From: Nemertoderma westbladi
Lineage: Eukaryota > Animalia > Xenacoelomorpha
DNA length: 45,341 nt
Direction: 5' to 3'
NCBI GenBank assembly: GCA_032718475.1
Contig: JAUCBJ010005132.1
Span: 1 to 45,341 of the forward strand
The notes under the pieces are model-generated. The model made no database searches, was not told the origin of the DNA, and saw only the letters and a program-made list of their open reading frames with translations. Positions 10,401 through 25,400 of this stretch are shown here, piece by piece (the stretch's first letter is position 1; every line of letters begins with the position of its first letter). The position numbers and the translations under genes are program-made.

Positions 10401-13400
10401 ACTCTCTAACCGTTGCACTCTTTAACCCTTGTACTCTCTAACCCTTGTACTCTCTAACCCTTGTACTCTCTAACCCTTGTACTATCTAACCCTTGTACTC
10501 CCTAACCCTTGCTCTCTCTAACCCTTGTACTCCCTAACCCTTGTACTCTCTAACCCTTGTACTCTCTAACCCTTGTACTCTCTAACCCTTGTACTCTCTA
10601 ACCCTTGTACTCTCTAACCCTTGTACTCTCTAACCCTTGTACTCTCTAATCCTTGTACTTTCTAACCCTTGTACTCTCTAACCCTTGTACTCTCTAACCC
10701 TTGCTCTCTCTAACCCTTGTACTCTCTAACCCTTGTACTCTCTAACCCTTGTACTCTCTAACCCTTGCACTCTCTAACCCTTGCACTATCTAACCCTTGC
10801 ACTATCTAACCCTTGCTCTCTCTAACCCTTGTACTCTCTAATCCTTGTACTTTCTAACCCTTGTACTCTCTAACCCTTGTACTCTCTAACCCTTGCTCTC
10901 TCTAACCCTTGTACTCTCTAACCCTTGTACTCTCTAACCCCTGTACTCTCTAACCCTTGTACTCTCTAACCCTTGCTCTCTCTAACCCTTGTACTCTCTA
11001 ACCCTTGTACTCTCTAACCCTTGCACTCTCTAACCCTTGCACTATCTAACCCTTGCACTATCTAACCATTGCTCTCTCTAACCCTTGTACTCTCTAACCC
11101 TTGTACTCTCTAACCCTTGTACTTTCTAACCCTTGTACTCTCTAACCCTTGCACTCCCTAACCCTTGTACTCTCCAACCCTTTTACTCTCTAACCCTTGT
11201 ACTCTCTAACCCTTGTAATCTCTAACACCTGTACTCTCTAACCCTTGTACTCTCTAACCCTTGCTCTCTCTAACCCTTGTACTCTCTAACCCTTGTACTC
11301 CCTAACCCTTGTACTCTCTAACTCTTGCTCTCTCTAACCCTTGCACTCTCCTACCCTTATACTCTCTAACCCTTGCACTCTCTAACCCTTGCACTCTCTA
11401 ACCCTTGTACTCTCTAAACCTTGTACTCTCTAACCCTTGTACTCTCTAACCCTTGTACTCTCTAACCCTTGTACTCTCTTCTAACCCTTGTACTCTCTAA
11501 CCCTTGCACTCTCTAACCCTTGTACTCTCTAACCCTTGTACTCTCTAACCCTTGTACTCTCTAACCCTTGTACTCTCTAACCCTTGTACTCTCTAACCCT
11601 TGTACTCCCTAACCATTGTACTCTCTAACCCTTGCTCTCTCTAACCCTTGTACTCTCTAACCCTTGCACTCTCTAACCCTTGTACTCTCTAACCCTTGTA
11701 CTCTCTAACCATTGTACTCTCTAACCCTTGTACTCCCTAACCCTTGTACTCCCTAACCCTTGTACTCCCTAACCCTTGAACTCCCTAACCCTTGTACTCC
11801 CTAACCCTTGTACTCTCCAACCCTTTTACTCTCTAACCCTTGTACTCTCTAACCCTTGTAATCTCTAACCCTTGTACTCTCTAACCCTTGTACTTTCTAA
11901 GCCTTGTACTCTCTAACCCTTGCACTCTCTAACCCTTGTACTCTCTAACCCTTGCTCTCTCTAACCCTTGTACTCTCTAACCCTTGTACTCTCTAACCCT
12001 TGTACTCTCTAACCCTTGCACTCTCTAACCCTTGTACTCTCTAACCCTTGTACTCTCTAACCCTTGTACTCTCTAACCCTTGCACTCTCTAACCCTTGTA
12101 CTCCCTAACCCTCGCATTCTCTAAACCTTGCTCTCTCTAACCCTTGTACTCTCTAACCCTTGTACTCTCTAACCCTTGTACTCTCTAACCCTTGTACTCT
12201 CTAACCATTGTACTCCCTAACCCTTGTACTCTCTAACCCTTGTACTCTCTAACCCCTGTACTCTCTAACCCTTGCACTCTCTAACCCTTGTACTCTCTAA
12301 CCCTTGTACTATCTAACCCTTGTACTCTCTAACCGTTGCACTCTCTAACCGTTGCACTCTTTAACCCTTGTACTCTCTAACCCTTGTACTCTCTAACCCT
12401 TGTACTCTCTAACCCTTGTACTATCTAACCCTTCTACTCCCTAACCCTTGCTCTCTCTAACCCTTGTACTCTCTAACCCTTGTACTCCCTAACCCTTGTA
12501 CTCCCTAACCCTTGTACTCTCTAACCCTTGTACTATCTAACCCTTGTACTCTCTAACCGTTGCACTCTCTAACCGTTGCACTCTTTAACCCTTGTACTCT
12601 CTAACCCTTGTACTCTCTAACCCTTGTACTCTCTAACCCTTGTACTATCTAACCCTTGTACTCCCTAACCCTTGCTCTCTCTAACCCTTGTACTCCCTAA
12701 CCCTTGTACTCTCTAACCCTTGTACTCTCTAACCCTTGTACTCTCTAACCCTTGTACTCTCTAACCCTTGTACTCTCTAACCCTTGTACTCTCTAACTCT
12801 TGTACTCTCTAATCCTTGTACTTTCTAACCCTTGCACTCTCTAACCCTTGTACTCTCTAACCCTTGCTCTCTCTAACCCTTGTACTCTCTAAACATTGTA
12901 CTCTCTAACCCTTGTACTCTCTAACCCTTGTACTCTCTAACCCTTGTACTCTCTAACCCTTGTACTCTCTAACCCTTGCACTCTCTAACCCTTGCACTAT
13001 CTAACCCTTGCACTATCTAACCCTTGCTCTATCTAACCCTTGTACTCTCTAATCCTTGTACTTTCTAACCCTTGTACTCTCTAACCCTTGTACTCTCTAA
13101 CCCTTGCTCTCTCTAACCCTTGTACTCTCTAACCCTTGTACTCTCTAACCCCTGTACTCTCTAACCCTTGTACTCTCTAACCCTTGCTCTCTCTAACCCT
13201 TGTACTCTCTAACCCTTGTACTCTCTAACCCTTGTACTCTCTAACCCTTGCACTCTCTAACCCTTGCACTATCTAACCCTTGCACTATCTAACCATTGCT
13301 CTCTCTAACCCTTGTACTCTCTAACCCTTGTACTCTCTAACCCTTGTACTTTCTAACCCTTGTACTCTCTAACCCTTGCACTCCCTAACCCTTGTACTCT

Positions 13401-16400
13401 CCAACCCTTTTACTCTCTAACCCTTGTACTCTCTAACCCTTGTAATCTCTAACACCTGTACTCTCTAACCCTTGTACTCTCTAACCCTTGCTCTCTCTAA
13501 CCCTTGTACTCTCTAACCCTTGTACTCCCTAAACCTTGTACTCTCTAACTCTTGCTCTCTCTAACCCTTGCACTCTCCTACCCTTATACTCTCTAACCCT
13601 TGCACTCTCTAACCCTTGCACTCTCTAACCCTTGTACTCTCTAAACCTTGTACTCTCTAACCCTTGTACTCTCTAACCCTTGTACTCTCTAACCCTTGTA
13701 CTCTCTTCTAACCCTTGTACTCTCTAACCCTTGCACTCTCTAACCCTTGTACTCTCTAACCCTTGTACTCTCTAACCCTTGTACTCTCTAACCCTTGTAC
13801 TCTCTAACCCTTGTACTCTCTAACCCTTGTACTCCCTAACCATTGTACTCTCTAACCCTTGCTCTCTCTAACCCTTGTACTCTCTAACCCTTGCACTCTC
13901 TAACCCTTGTACTCTCTAACCCTTGTACTCTCTAACCATTGTACTCTCTAACCCTTGTACTCCCTAACCCTTGTACTCCCTAACCCTTGTACTCCCTAAC
14001 CCTTGTACTCCCTAACCCTTGTACTCCCTAACCCTTGTACTCTCCAACCATTTTACTCTCTAACCCTTGTACTCTCTAACCCTTGTAATCTCTAACCCTT
14101 GTACTCTCTAACCCTTGTACTTTCTAACCCTTGTACTCTCTAACCCTTGCACTCTCTAACCCTTGTACTCTCTAACCCTTGCTCTCTCTAACCCTTGTAC
14201 TCTCTAACCCTTGTACTCTCTAACCCTTGTACTCTCTAACCCTTGTACTCTCTAACCCTTGTACTCTCTAACCCTTGTACTCTCTAACCCATGTACTCTC
14301 TAACCCTTGTACTCTCTAACCCTTGTACTCCCTAACCCTTGTACTCTCTAACCCTTGCACTCTCTAACCCTTGTACTCTCTAACCCTTGCTCTCTCTAAC
14401 CCTTGTACTCTCTAACCCTTGTACTTTCTAACCATTGTACTCTCTAACCCTTGCACTCTCTAAACCTTGTACTCTCTAACCCTTGCACTCTCTAACCCTT
14501 GTACTCCCTAACCCTCGCATTCTCTAACCCTTGTACTCTCTAACCCTTGCTCTCTCTAACCCTTGTACTCTCTAACCCTTGTACTCTCTAACCCTTGTAC
14601 TTTCTAACCCTTGTACTCTCTAACCCTTGTACTCTCTAACCCTTGTACTTTCTAACCCTTGTACTCTCTAACCCTTGCACTCTCTAACCCTTGTACTCTC
14701 TAACCCTTGCTCTCTCTAACCCTTGTACTCTCTAACCCTTGTACTCCCTAACCCTTGTACTCTCTAACTCTTGCTCTCTCTAACCCTTGCACTCTCCTAC
14801 CCTTATACTCTCTAACCCTTGCACTCTCTAACCCTTGCACTCTCTAAACCTTGTACTCTCTAACCCTTGTACTCTCTAACCCTTGTACTCTCTAACCCTT
14901 GTACTCTCTTCTAACCCTTGTACTCTCTAACCCTTGCACTCTCTAACCCTTGTACTCTCTAACCCTTGTACTCTCTAACCCTTGTACTCTCTAACCCTTG
15001 TACTCTCTAACCCTTGTACTCTCTAACCCTTGTACTCTCTAACCCTTGTACTCCCTAACCCTTGTACTCTCTAACCCTTGCTCTCTCTAACCCTTGCACT
15101 CTTTAACCCTTGTACTCTCTAACCCTTGCACTCTCTAACCCTTGCACTTTCTAACCCTTGTACTCACTAACCCTTGTACTCTCTAACCCTTGTACTCTCT
15201 AACCCTTGTACTCTCTAACCATTGTACTCTCTAACCCTTGTACTCTCTAACCCTTGTACTCTCTAACCCTTGTACTCTCTAACCATTGTACTCTCTAACC
15301 CTTGTACTCTCTAACCCTTGTACTCTCTAACCCTTGTACTCTCTAACCCTTGTACTCTCTAACCCTTGTACTCTCTAACCATTGTACTCTCTAACCCTTG
15401 TACTCTCTAACCCTTGTACTCTCTAACCTTTGTACTCTCTAACCCTTGCACTCTCTAACCCTTGCACTTTCTAACCCTTGTACTCACTAACCCTTGTACT
15501 CTCTAACCCTTGTACTCTCTAACCCTTGTACTCTCTAACCATTGTACTCTCTAACCCTTGTACTCTCTAACCCTTGTACTCTCTAACCCTTGTACTCTCT
15601 AACCCTTGTACTCTCTAACCCTTGTACTCTCTAACCCTTGCACTCTCTAACCCTTGTACTCTCTAACCCTTGTACTCTCTAACCCTTGTACTCTCTAACC
15701 CTTGTACTCTCTAACCCTTGCACTCTCTAACCCTTGTACTCTCTAACCCTTGTACTCTCTAACCCTTGTACTCTCTAACCCTTGTACTCTCTAACCCTTG
15801 TACTCTCTAACCCCTGTACTCTCTAAACCTTGTACTTTCTAACCCTTGTACTCTCTAACCCTGCTCTCTCTAACCCTTGTACTCTCTAACCCTTGTACTC
15901 TCTAACCCTTGTACTCTCTAACCCTTGTACTCTCTAACCCCTGTACTCTCTAAACCTTGTACTTTCTAACCCTTGTACTCTCTAACCTTGCTCTCTCTAA
16001 CCCTTGTACTCTCTAACCCTTGTACTCTCTAACCCTTGTACTCTCTAACCCTTGTACTCTCTAACCCTTGTACTCTCTAACCCTTGTACTCTCTAACCCT
16101 CGCATTCTCTAACCCTTGTACTCTCTAACCCTTGTACTCTCTAACCCTTGTACTCTCTAACCCTTGTACTCACTAACCCTTGCACTATCTAACCCTTGCA
16201 CTATCTAACCCTTGCTCTCTCTAACCCTTGTACACTCTAACCCTTGTACTCTCTAACCCTTGTACACTCTAACCCTTGTACTCTCTAACCCTTGTACTCT
16301 CTAACCCTTGTAATATCTAACCCCTGTACTCTCTAACCCTTGTACTCTCTAACCCTTGCTCTCTCTCACCCTTGTACTCTCTAACCCTTGTACTCTCCAA

Positions 16401-19400
16401 CCCTTGTACTCTCTAACCCTTGTACTCTCTAACCCTTGTACTCTCTAACCCTTGTAATCTCTAACCCCTGTACTCTCTAACCATTGTACTCTCTAACCCT
16501 TGTACTCTCTAACCCTTGTAATATCTAACCCCTGTACTCTCTAACCCTTGTACTCTCTAACCCTTGCTCTCACTCACCCTTGTACTCTCTAACCCTTGTA
16601 CTCTCCAACCCTTGTACTCTCTAACCCTTGTACTCTCTAACCCTTGTACTCTCTAACCCTTGTAATCTCTAACCCCTGTACTCTCTAACCATTGTACTCT
16701 CTAACCCTTGTAATATCTAACCCCTGTACTCTCTAACCCTTGTACTCTCTAACCCTTGTATTCTCTAACCCTTGTACTCTCTAACCCTTGTACTCTCTAA
16801 CCCTTGTACTCTCTAACCCTTGTACTCTCTAACCCTTGCTCTCTCTAACCATTGTACTCTCTAACCCTTGTACTCTCTAACCCTTGTACTCTCTAACCCT
16901 TGTATTCTCTAACCCTTGTACTCTCTAACCCTTGTACTCTCTAACCCTTGTACTCTCTAACCCTTGTACTCTCTAACCCTTGTACTCTCTAACCATTGTA
17001 CTCTCTAACCCTTGTACTCTCTAACCCTTGTACTCTCTAACCCTTGTACTCTCTAACCCTTGTACTCTCTAACCCTTGTACTCTCTAACCCTTGTAATCT
17101 CTAACCCCTGTACTCTCTAACCATTGTACTCTCTAACCCTTGTACTCTCTAACCCTTGTAATATCTAACCCCTGTACTCTCTAACCCTTGTACTCTCTAA
17201 CCCTTGCTCTCTCTCACCCTTGTACTCTCTAACCCTTGTACTCTCCAACCCTTGTACTCTCTAACCCTTGTACTCTCTAACCCTTGTACTCTCTAACCCT
17301 TGTAATCTCTAACCCCTGTACTCTCTAACCATTGTACTCTCTAACCCTTGTAATATCTAACCCCTGTACTCTCCAACCCTTGTACTCTCTAACCCTTGTA
17401 CTCTCTAACCCTTGTATTCTCTAACCCTTGTACTCTCTAACCCTTGTACTCTCTAACCCTTGTAATCTCTAACCCCTGTACTCTCTAACCCTTGTACTCT
17501 CTAACCCTTGTAATATCTAACCCCTGTACTCTCTAACACTTGTACTCTCTAACCCTTGTACTCTCTAACCCTCGCATTCTCTAACCCTTGTACTCTCTAA
17601 CCCTTGTACTCTCCAACCCTTGTACTCTCTAACCCTTGTACTCTCTAACCCTCGCATTCTCTAACCCTTGTACTCTCTAACCCTTGTACTCTCCAACCCT
17701 TGTACTCTCTAACCCTTGTACTCTCCAACCCTTGTACTCTCTAACCCTTGTACTCTCTAACCCTTGTACTCTCTAACCCTCGCATTCTCTAACCCTTGTA
17801 CTCTCTAACCCTTGTACTCTCCAACCCTTGTACTCTCTAACCCTTGTACTCTCCAACCCTTGTACTCTCTAACCCTTGTACTCTCTAACCCTTGTACTCT
17901 CTAACCCTTGTAATCTCTAACCCTTGCACTCTCTAACCCTTACTCTCTCTAACCCTTGTACTCTCTAACCATTGTACTCTCTAACCCTTGCTATCTCTAA
18001 CCCTTGTACTCTCTAACCCTTGTACTCTCTAACCCTTGTACTCTATAACCCTTGTACTCTCTAACCATTGTACTCTCTAACCCTTGTACTCTCTAACCCT
18101 TGTACTCTCTAACCCTTGTACTCTCTAACCATTGTACTCTCTAACCCTTGTACTCTCTAACCCTTGCTCTCTCTAACCCTTGTACTCTCTAACCCTTGTA
18201 TTCTCTAACCCTTGTACTCTCTAACCCTTGTATTCTCTAACCCTTGCACTCTCTAAACCTTGCTCTCTCTAACCCTTGCTCTCTCTAACCCTTGTACTCT
18301 CTAACCCTTGTATTCTCTAACCCTTGTACTCTCTAACCCTTGTATTCTCTAACCCTTGTACTCTCTAACCCTTGTACTCTCTAACCCTTGTAATCTCTAA
18401 CCCCTGTACTCTCTAACCCTTGTACTCTCTAACCCTTGTAATATCTAACCCCTGTACTCTCTAACACTTGTACTCTCTAACCCTTGTACTCTCTAACCCT
18501 TGTACTCTCTAACCCTTGTAATCTCTAACCCCTGTACTCTCTAACCATTGTACTCTCTAACCCTTGCTATCTCTAACCCTTGTACTCTCTAACCCTTGTA
18601 CTTTCTAACCATTGTACTCTCTAACCCTTGTACTCTCTAACCCTTGTACTCTCTAACCCTTGTACTCTCTAACCCTTGTACTCTCTAACCCTTGCACTCT
18701 CTAACCCTTGTACTCTCTAACCCTTGTACTCTCTAACCCTTGTACTCTCTAACCCTTGTACTCCCTAACCCTTGTACTCTCTAACCCTTGTACTCTCTAA
18801 CCCTTGTACTATCTAACCCTTGTACTCCCTAACCCTTGCTCTCTCTAACCCTTGTACTCCCTAACCCTTGTACTCTCTAACCCTTGTACTCTCTAACCCT
18901 TGTACTCTCTAACCCTTGTACTCTCTAACCCTTGTACTCTCTAACCCTTGTACTCTCTAACCCTTGTACTCTCTAACCCTTGTATTCTCTAACCCTTGTA
19001 CTCTCTAACCCTTGTACTCTCTAACCCTTGTATTCTCTAACCCTTGTACTCTCTAACCCTTGTACTCTCTAACCCTTGTATTCTCTAACCCTTGTACTCT
19101 CTAACCCTTGTAATCTCTAACCCCTGTACTCTCTAACCCTTGTACTCTCTAACCCTTGTAATATCTAACCCCTGTACTCTCTAACCCTTGTACTCTCTAA
19201 CCCTTGCACTCTCTAACCCTTGTACTCTCTAACCCTTGTACTCTCTAACCCTTGTACTCTCTAACCCTTGTACTCTCTAACCCTTGTACTCTCTAACCCT
19301 TGTACTCCCTAACCCTTGTACTCTCTAACCCTTGTACTATCTAACCCTTGTACTCCCTAACCCTTGTACTCCCTAACCCTTGCACTCTCTAACCCTTGTA

Positions 19401-22400
19401 CTCTCTAACCCTTGCACTCTCTAACCCTTGTACTCTCTAACCCTTGTACTCTCTAACCCTTGTACTCTCTAACCCTTGTACTCTCTAACCCTTGTACTCT
19501 CTAACCCTTGTACTCCCTAACCCTTGTACTCTCTAACCCTTGTACTATCTAACCCTTGTACTCCCTAACCCTTGCTCTCTCTAACCCTTGTACTCCCTAA
19601 CCCTTGTACTCTCTAACCCTTGTACTATCTAACCCTTGTACTCCCTAACCCTTGCTCTCTCTAACCCTTGTACTCCCTAACCCTTGTACTCTCTAACCCT
19701 TGTACTGTCTAACCCTTGTACTATCTAACCCTTGTACTCCCTAACCCTTGCTCTCTCTAACCCTTGTACTCTCTAACCCTTGCTCTCTCTAACCCTTGTA
19801 CTCCCTAACCCTTGTACTCTCTAACCCTTGTACTATCTAACCCTTGTACTCTCTAACCCTTGTACTCTCTAACCCTTGCACTCTCTAACCCTTGTACTCT
19901 CTAACCCTTGTACTCTCTAACCCTTGTACTCTCTAACCCTTGTACTCTCTAACCCTTGTACTCTCTAACCCTTGTACTCTCTAACCCTTGTACTCTCTAA
20001 CCCTTGTACTCCCTAACCCTTGTACTCTCTAACCCTTGTACTATCTAACCCTTGTACTCCCTAACCCTTGCTCTCTCTAACCCTTGTACTCCCTAACCCT
20101 TGTACTCTCTAACCCTTGTACTATCTAACCCTTGTACTCCCTAACCCTTGCTCTCTCTAACCCTTGTACTCCCTAACCCTTGTACTCTCTAACCCTTGTA
20201 CTGTCTAACCCTTGTACTATCTAACCCTTGTACTCCCTAACCCTTGCTCTCTCTAACCCTTGTACTCTCTAACCCTTGCTCTCTCTAACCCTTGTACTCC
20301 CTAACCCTTGTACTCTCTAACCCTTGTACTATCTAACCCTTGTACTCCCTAACCCTTGTACTCTCTAACCCTTGTACTCCCTAACCCTTGTACTCTCTAA
20401 CCCTTGTACTCTCTAACCCTTGTACTCTCTAACCCTTGCACTCTCTAACCTTTGTACTCCCTAACCCCTGTACTCTCTAAACCTTGTACTCTCTAACCCT
20501 TGTACTCCCTAACCCTTGCTCTCTCTAACCCTTGTACTCCCTAACCCTTGTACTCTCTAACCCTTGTACTATCTAACCCTTGTACTCCCTAACCCTTGCT
20601 CTCTCTAACCCTTGTACTCCCTAACCCTTGTACTCTCTAACCCTTGTACTATCTAACCCTTGTACTCCCTAACCCTTGCTCTCTCTAACCCTTGTACTCC
20701 CTAACCATTGTACTCTCTAACCCTTGTACTGTCTAACCCTTGTACTATCTAACCCTTGTACTCCCTAACCCTTGCTCTCTCTAACCCTTGTACTCTCTAA
20801 CCCTTGCTCTCTCTAACCCTTGTACTCCCTAACCCTTGTACTCTCTAACCCTTGTACTATCTAACCCTTGTACTCCCTAACCCTTGTACTCTCTAACCCT
20901 TGTACTCCCTAACCCTTGTACTCTCTAACCCTTGTACTCTCTAACCCTTGTACTCTCTAACCCTTGCTCTCTCTAACCCTTGTACTCCCTAACCCTTGTA
21001 CTCTCTAACCCTTGTACTCTCTAACCCTTGTACTCTCTAACCCTTGCACTCTCTAACCTTTGTACTCCCTAACCCCTGTACTCTCTAAACCTTGTACTCT
21101 CTAACCCTTGTACTCTCTAACCCTTGTACTCTCTAACCCTTGTACTCTCTAACCCTTGCACTCTCTAACCCTTGTACTCTCTAACCCTTGTAATATCTAA
21201 CCCCTGTACTCTCTAACCCTTGTACTCTCTAACCCTTGCACTCTCTAAACCTTGTACTCTCTAACCCTTGTACTCTCTAACCCTTGTACTCTCTAACCCT
21301 TGTACTCTCTAAGCCTTGTACTCCCTAACCCTTGCTCTCTCTAACCCTTGTACTCCCTAACCCCTGTACTCTCTAAACCTTGTACTCTCTAACCCTTGTA
21401 CTCTCTAACCCTTGTACTCTCTAACCCTTGTACTCTCTAACCCTTGTACTCTCTAAGCCTTGTACTCTTTAACCCTTGTACTCTCTAACCCTTGTACTCT
21501 CTAACCCTTGTACTCTCTAAACCTTGTACTCTCTAACCCTTGTACTATCTAACCCTTGTACTCCCTAACCCTTGCTCTCTCTAACCCTTGTACTCCCTAA
21601 CCCCTGTACTCTCTAAACCTTGTACTCTCTAACCCTTGTACTCTCTAACCCTTGTACTCTCTAACCCTTGTACTCTCTAACCCTTGTACTCTCTAACCCT
21701 TGTACTCTCTAACCCTTGTACTCTCTAAACCTTGTACTCTCTAACCCTTGTACTATCTAACCCTTGTACTCCCTAACCCTTGCTCTCTCTAACCCTTGTA
21801 CTCCCTAACCCCTGTACTCTCTAAACCTTGTACTCTCTAACCCTTGTACTCTCTAACCCTTGTACTCTCTAACCCTTGCACTCTCTAACCCTTGTACTCT
21901 CTAACCCTTGTACTCTCTAAGCCTTGTACTCCCTAACCCTTGCTCTCTCTAACCCTTGGTCTCCCTAACCCCTGTACTCTCTAACCCTTGTACTCCCTAA
22001 CCCCTGTACTCTCTAAACCTTGTACTCTCTAACCCTTGTACTCTCTAACCCTTGTACTCTCTAACCCTTGTACTATCTAACCCTTGTACTCTCTAAGCCT
22101 TGTACTCTCTAACCCTTGTACTCTCTAACCCTTGTACTCTCTAACCCTTGTACTCTCTAAACCTTGTACTCTCTAACCCTTGTACTATCTAACCCTTGTA
22201 CTCCCTAACCCTTGCTCTCTCTAACCCTTGTACTCTCTAACCCTTGTACTCTCTAAGCCTTGTACTCTCTAACCCTTGTACTCTCTAACCCTTGTACTCT
22301 CTAACCCTTGTACTCTCTAAACCTTGTACTCTCTAACCCTTGTACTATCTAACCCTTGTACTCCCTAACCCTTGCTCTCTCTAACCCTTGTACTCCCTAA

Positions 22401-25400
22401 CCCCTGTACTCTCTAAACCTTGTACTCCCTAACCCCTGTACTCTCTAAACCTTGTACTCTCTAACCCTTGTACTCTCTAACCCTTGTACTCTCTAACCCT
22501 TGTACTCTCTAACCCTTGTACTCTCTAAGCCTTGTACTCTCTAACCCTTGTACTCTCTAACCCTTGTACTCTCTAACCCTTGTACTCTCTAAACCTTGTA
22601 CTCTCTAACCCTTGTACTATCTAACCCTTGTACTCCCTAACCCTTGCTCTCTCTAACCCTTGTACTCTCTAACCCTTGTACTCTCTAACCCTTGTACTCT
22701 CTAACCCTTGCACTCTCTAACCCTTGTACTCTCTAACCCTTGTACTCTCTAACCCTTGTACTCTCTAACCCTTGTACTCTCTAACCCTTGTACTCTCTAA
22801 CCCTTGTACTCCCTAACCCTTGTACTCTCTAACCCTTGTACTATCTAACCCTTGTACTCCCTAACCCTTGCTCTCTCTAACCCTTGTACTCCCTAACCCT
22901 TGTACTCTCTAACCCTTGTACTATCTAACCCTTGTACTCCCTAACCCTTGCTCTCTCTAACCCTTGTACTCCCTAACCCTTGTACTCTCTAACCCTTGTA
23001 CTGTCTAACCCTTGTACTATCTAACCCTTGTACTCCCTAACCCTTGCTCTCTCTAACCCTTGTACTCTCTAACCCTTGCTCTCTCTAACCCTTGTACTCC
23101 CTAACCCTTGTACTCTCTAACCCTTGTACTATCTAACCCTTGTACTCTCTAACCCTTGTACTCTCTAACCCTTGCACTCTCTAACCCTTGTACTCTCTAA
23201 CCCTTGTACTCTCTAACCCTTGTACTCTCTAACCCTTGTACTCTCTAACCCTTGTACTCTCTAACCCTTGTACTCTCTAACCCTTGTACTCTCTAACCCT
23301 TGTACTCCCTAACCCTTGTACTCTCTAACCCTTGTACTATCTAACCCTTGTACTCCCTAACCCTTGCTCTCTCTAACCCTTGTACTCCCTAACCCTTGTA
23401 CTCTCTAACCCTTGTACTATCTAACCCTTGTACTCCCTAACCCTTGCTCTCTCTAACCCTTGTACTCCCTAACCCTTGTACTCTCTAACCCTTGTACTGT
23501 CTAACCCTTGTACTATCTAACCCTTGTACTCCCTAACCCTTGCTCTCTCTAACCCTTGTACTCTCTAACCCTTGCTCTCTCTAACCCTTGTACTCCCTAA
23601 CCCTTGTACTCTCTAACCCTTGTACTATCTAACCCTTGTACTCCCTAACCCTTGTACTCTCTAACCCTTGTACTCCCTAACCCTTGTACTCTCTAACCCT
23701 TGTACTCTCTAACCCTTGTACTCTCTAACCCTTGCACTCTCTAACCTTTGTACTCCCTAACCCCTGTACTCTCTAAACCTTGTACTCTCTAACCCTTGTA
23801 CTCCCTAACCCTTGCTCTCTCTAACCCTTGTACTCCCTAACCCTTGTACTCTCTAACCCTTGTACTATCTAACCCTTGTACTCCCTAACCCTTGCTCTCT
23901 CTAACCCTTGTACTCCCTAACCCTTGTACTCTCTAACCCTTGTACTATCTAACCCTTGTACTCCCTAACCCTTGCTCTCTCTAACCCTTGTACTCCCTAA
24001 CCATTGTACTCTCTAACCCTTGTACTGTCTAACCCTTGTACTATCTAACCCTTGTACTCCCTAACCCTTGCTCTCTCTAACCCTTGTACTCTCTAACCCT
24101 TGCTCTCTCTAACCCTTGTACTCCCTAACCCTTGTACTCTCTAACCCTTGTACTATCTAACCCTTGTACTCCCTAACCCTTGTACTCTCTAACCCTTGTA
24201 CTCCCTAACCCTTGTACTCTCTAACCCTTGTACTCTCTAACCCTTGTACTCTCTAACCCTTGCTCTCTCTAACCCTTGTACTCCCTAACCCTTGTACTCT
24301 CTAACCCTTGTACTCTCTAACCCTTGTACTCTCTAACCCTTGCACTCTCTAACCTTTGTACTCCCTAACCCCTGTACTCTCTAAACCTTGTACTCTCTAA
24401 CCCTTGTACTCTCTAACCCTTGTACTCTCTAACCCTTGTACTCTCTAACCCTTGCACTCTCTAACCCTTGTACTCTCTAACCCTTGTAATATCTAACCCC
24501 TGTACTCTCTAACCCTTGTACTCTCTAACCCTTGCACTCTCTAAACCTTGTACTCTCTAACCCTTGTACTCTCTAACCCTTGTACTCTCTAACCCTTGTA
24601 CTCTCTAAGCCTTGTACTCCCTAACCCTTGCTCTCTCTAACCCTTGTACTCCCTAACCCCTGTACTCTCTAAACCTTGTACTCTCTAACCCTTGTACTCT
24701 CTAACCCTTGTACTCTCTAACCCTTGTACTCTCTAACCCTTGTACTCTCTAAGCCTTGTACTCTTTAACCCTTGTACTCTCTAACCCTTGTACTCTCTAA
24801 CCCTTGTACTCTCTAAACCTTGTACTCTCTAACCCTTGTACTATCTAACCCTTGTACTCCCTAACCCTTGCTCTCTCTAACCCTTGTACTCCCTAACCCC
24901 TGTACTCTCTAAACCTTGTACTCTCTAACCCTTGTACTCTCTAACCCTTGTACTCTCTAACCCTTGTACTCTCTAACCCTTGTACTCTCTAACCCTTGTA
25001 CTCTCTAACCCTTGTACTCTCTAAACCTTGTACTCTCTAACCCTTGTACTATCTAACCCTTGTACTCCCTAACCCTTGCTCTCTCTAACCCTTGTACTCC
25101 CTAACCCCTGTACTCTCTAAACCTTGTACTCTCTAACCCTTGTACTCTCTAACCCTTGTACTCTCTAACCCTTGCACTCTCTAACCCTTGTACTCTCTAA
25201 CCCTTGTACTCTCTAAGCCTTGTACTCCCTAACCCTTGCTCTCTCTAACCCTTGGTCTCCCTAACCCCTGTACTCTCTAACCCTTGTACTCCCTAACCCC
25301 TGTACTCTCTAAACCTTGTACTCTCTAACCCTTGTACTCTCTAACCCTTGTACTCTCTAACCCTTGTACTATCTAACCCTTGTACTCTCTAAGCCTTGTA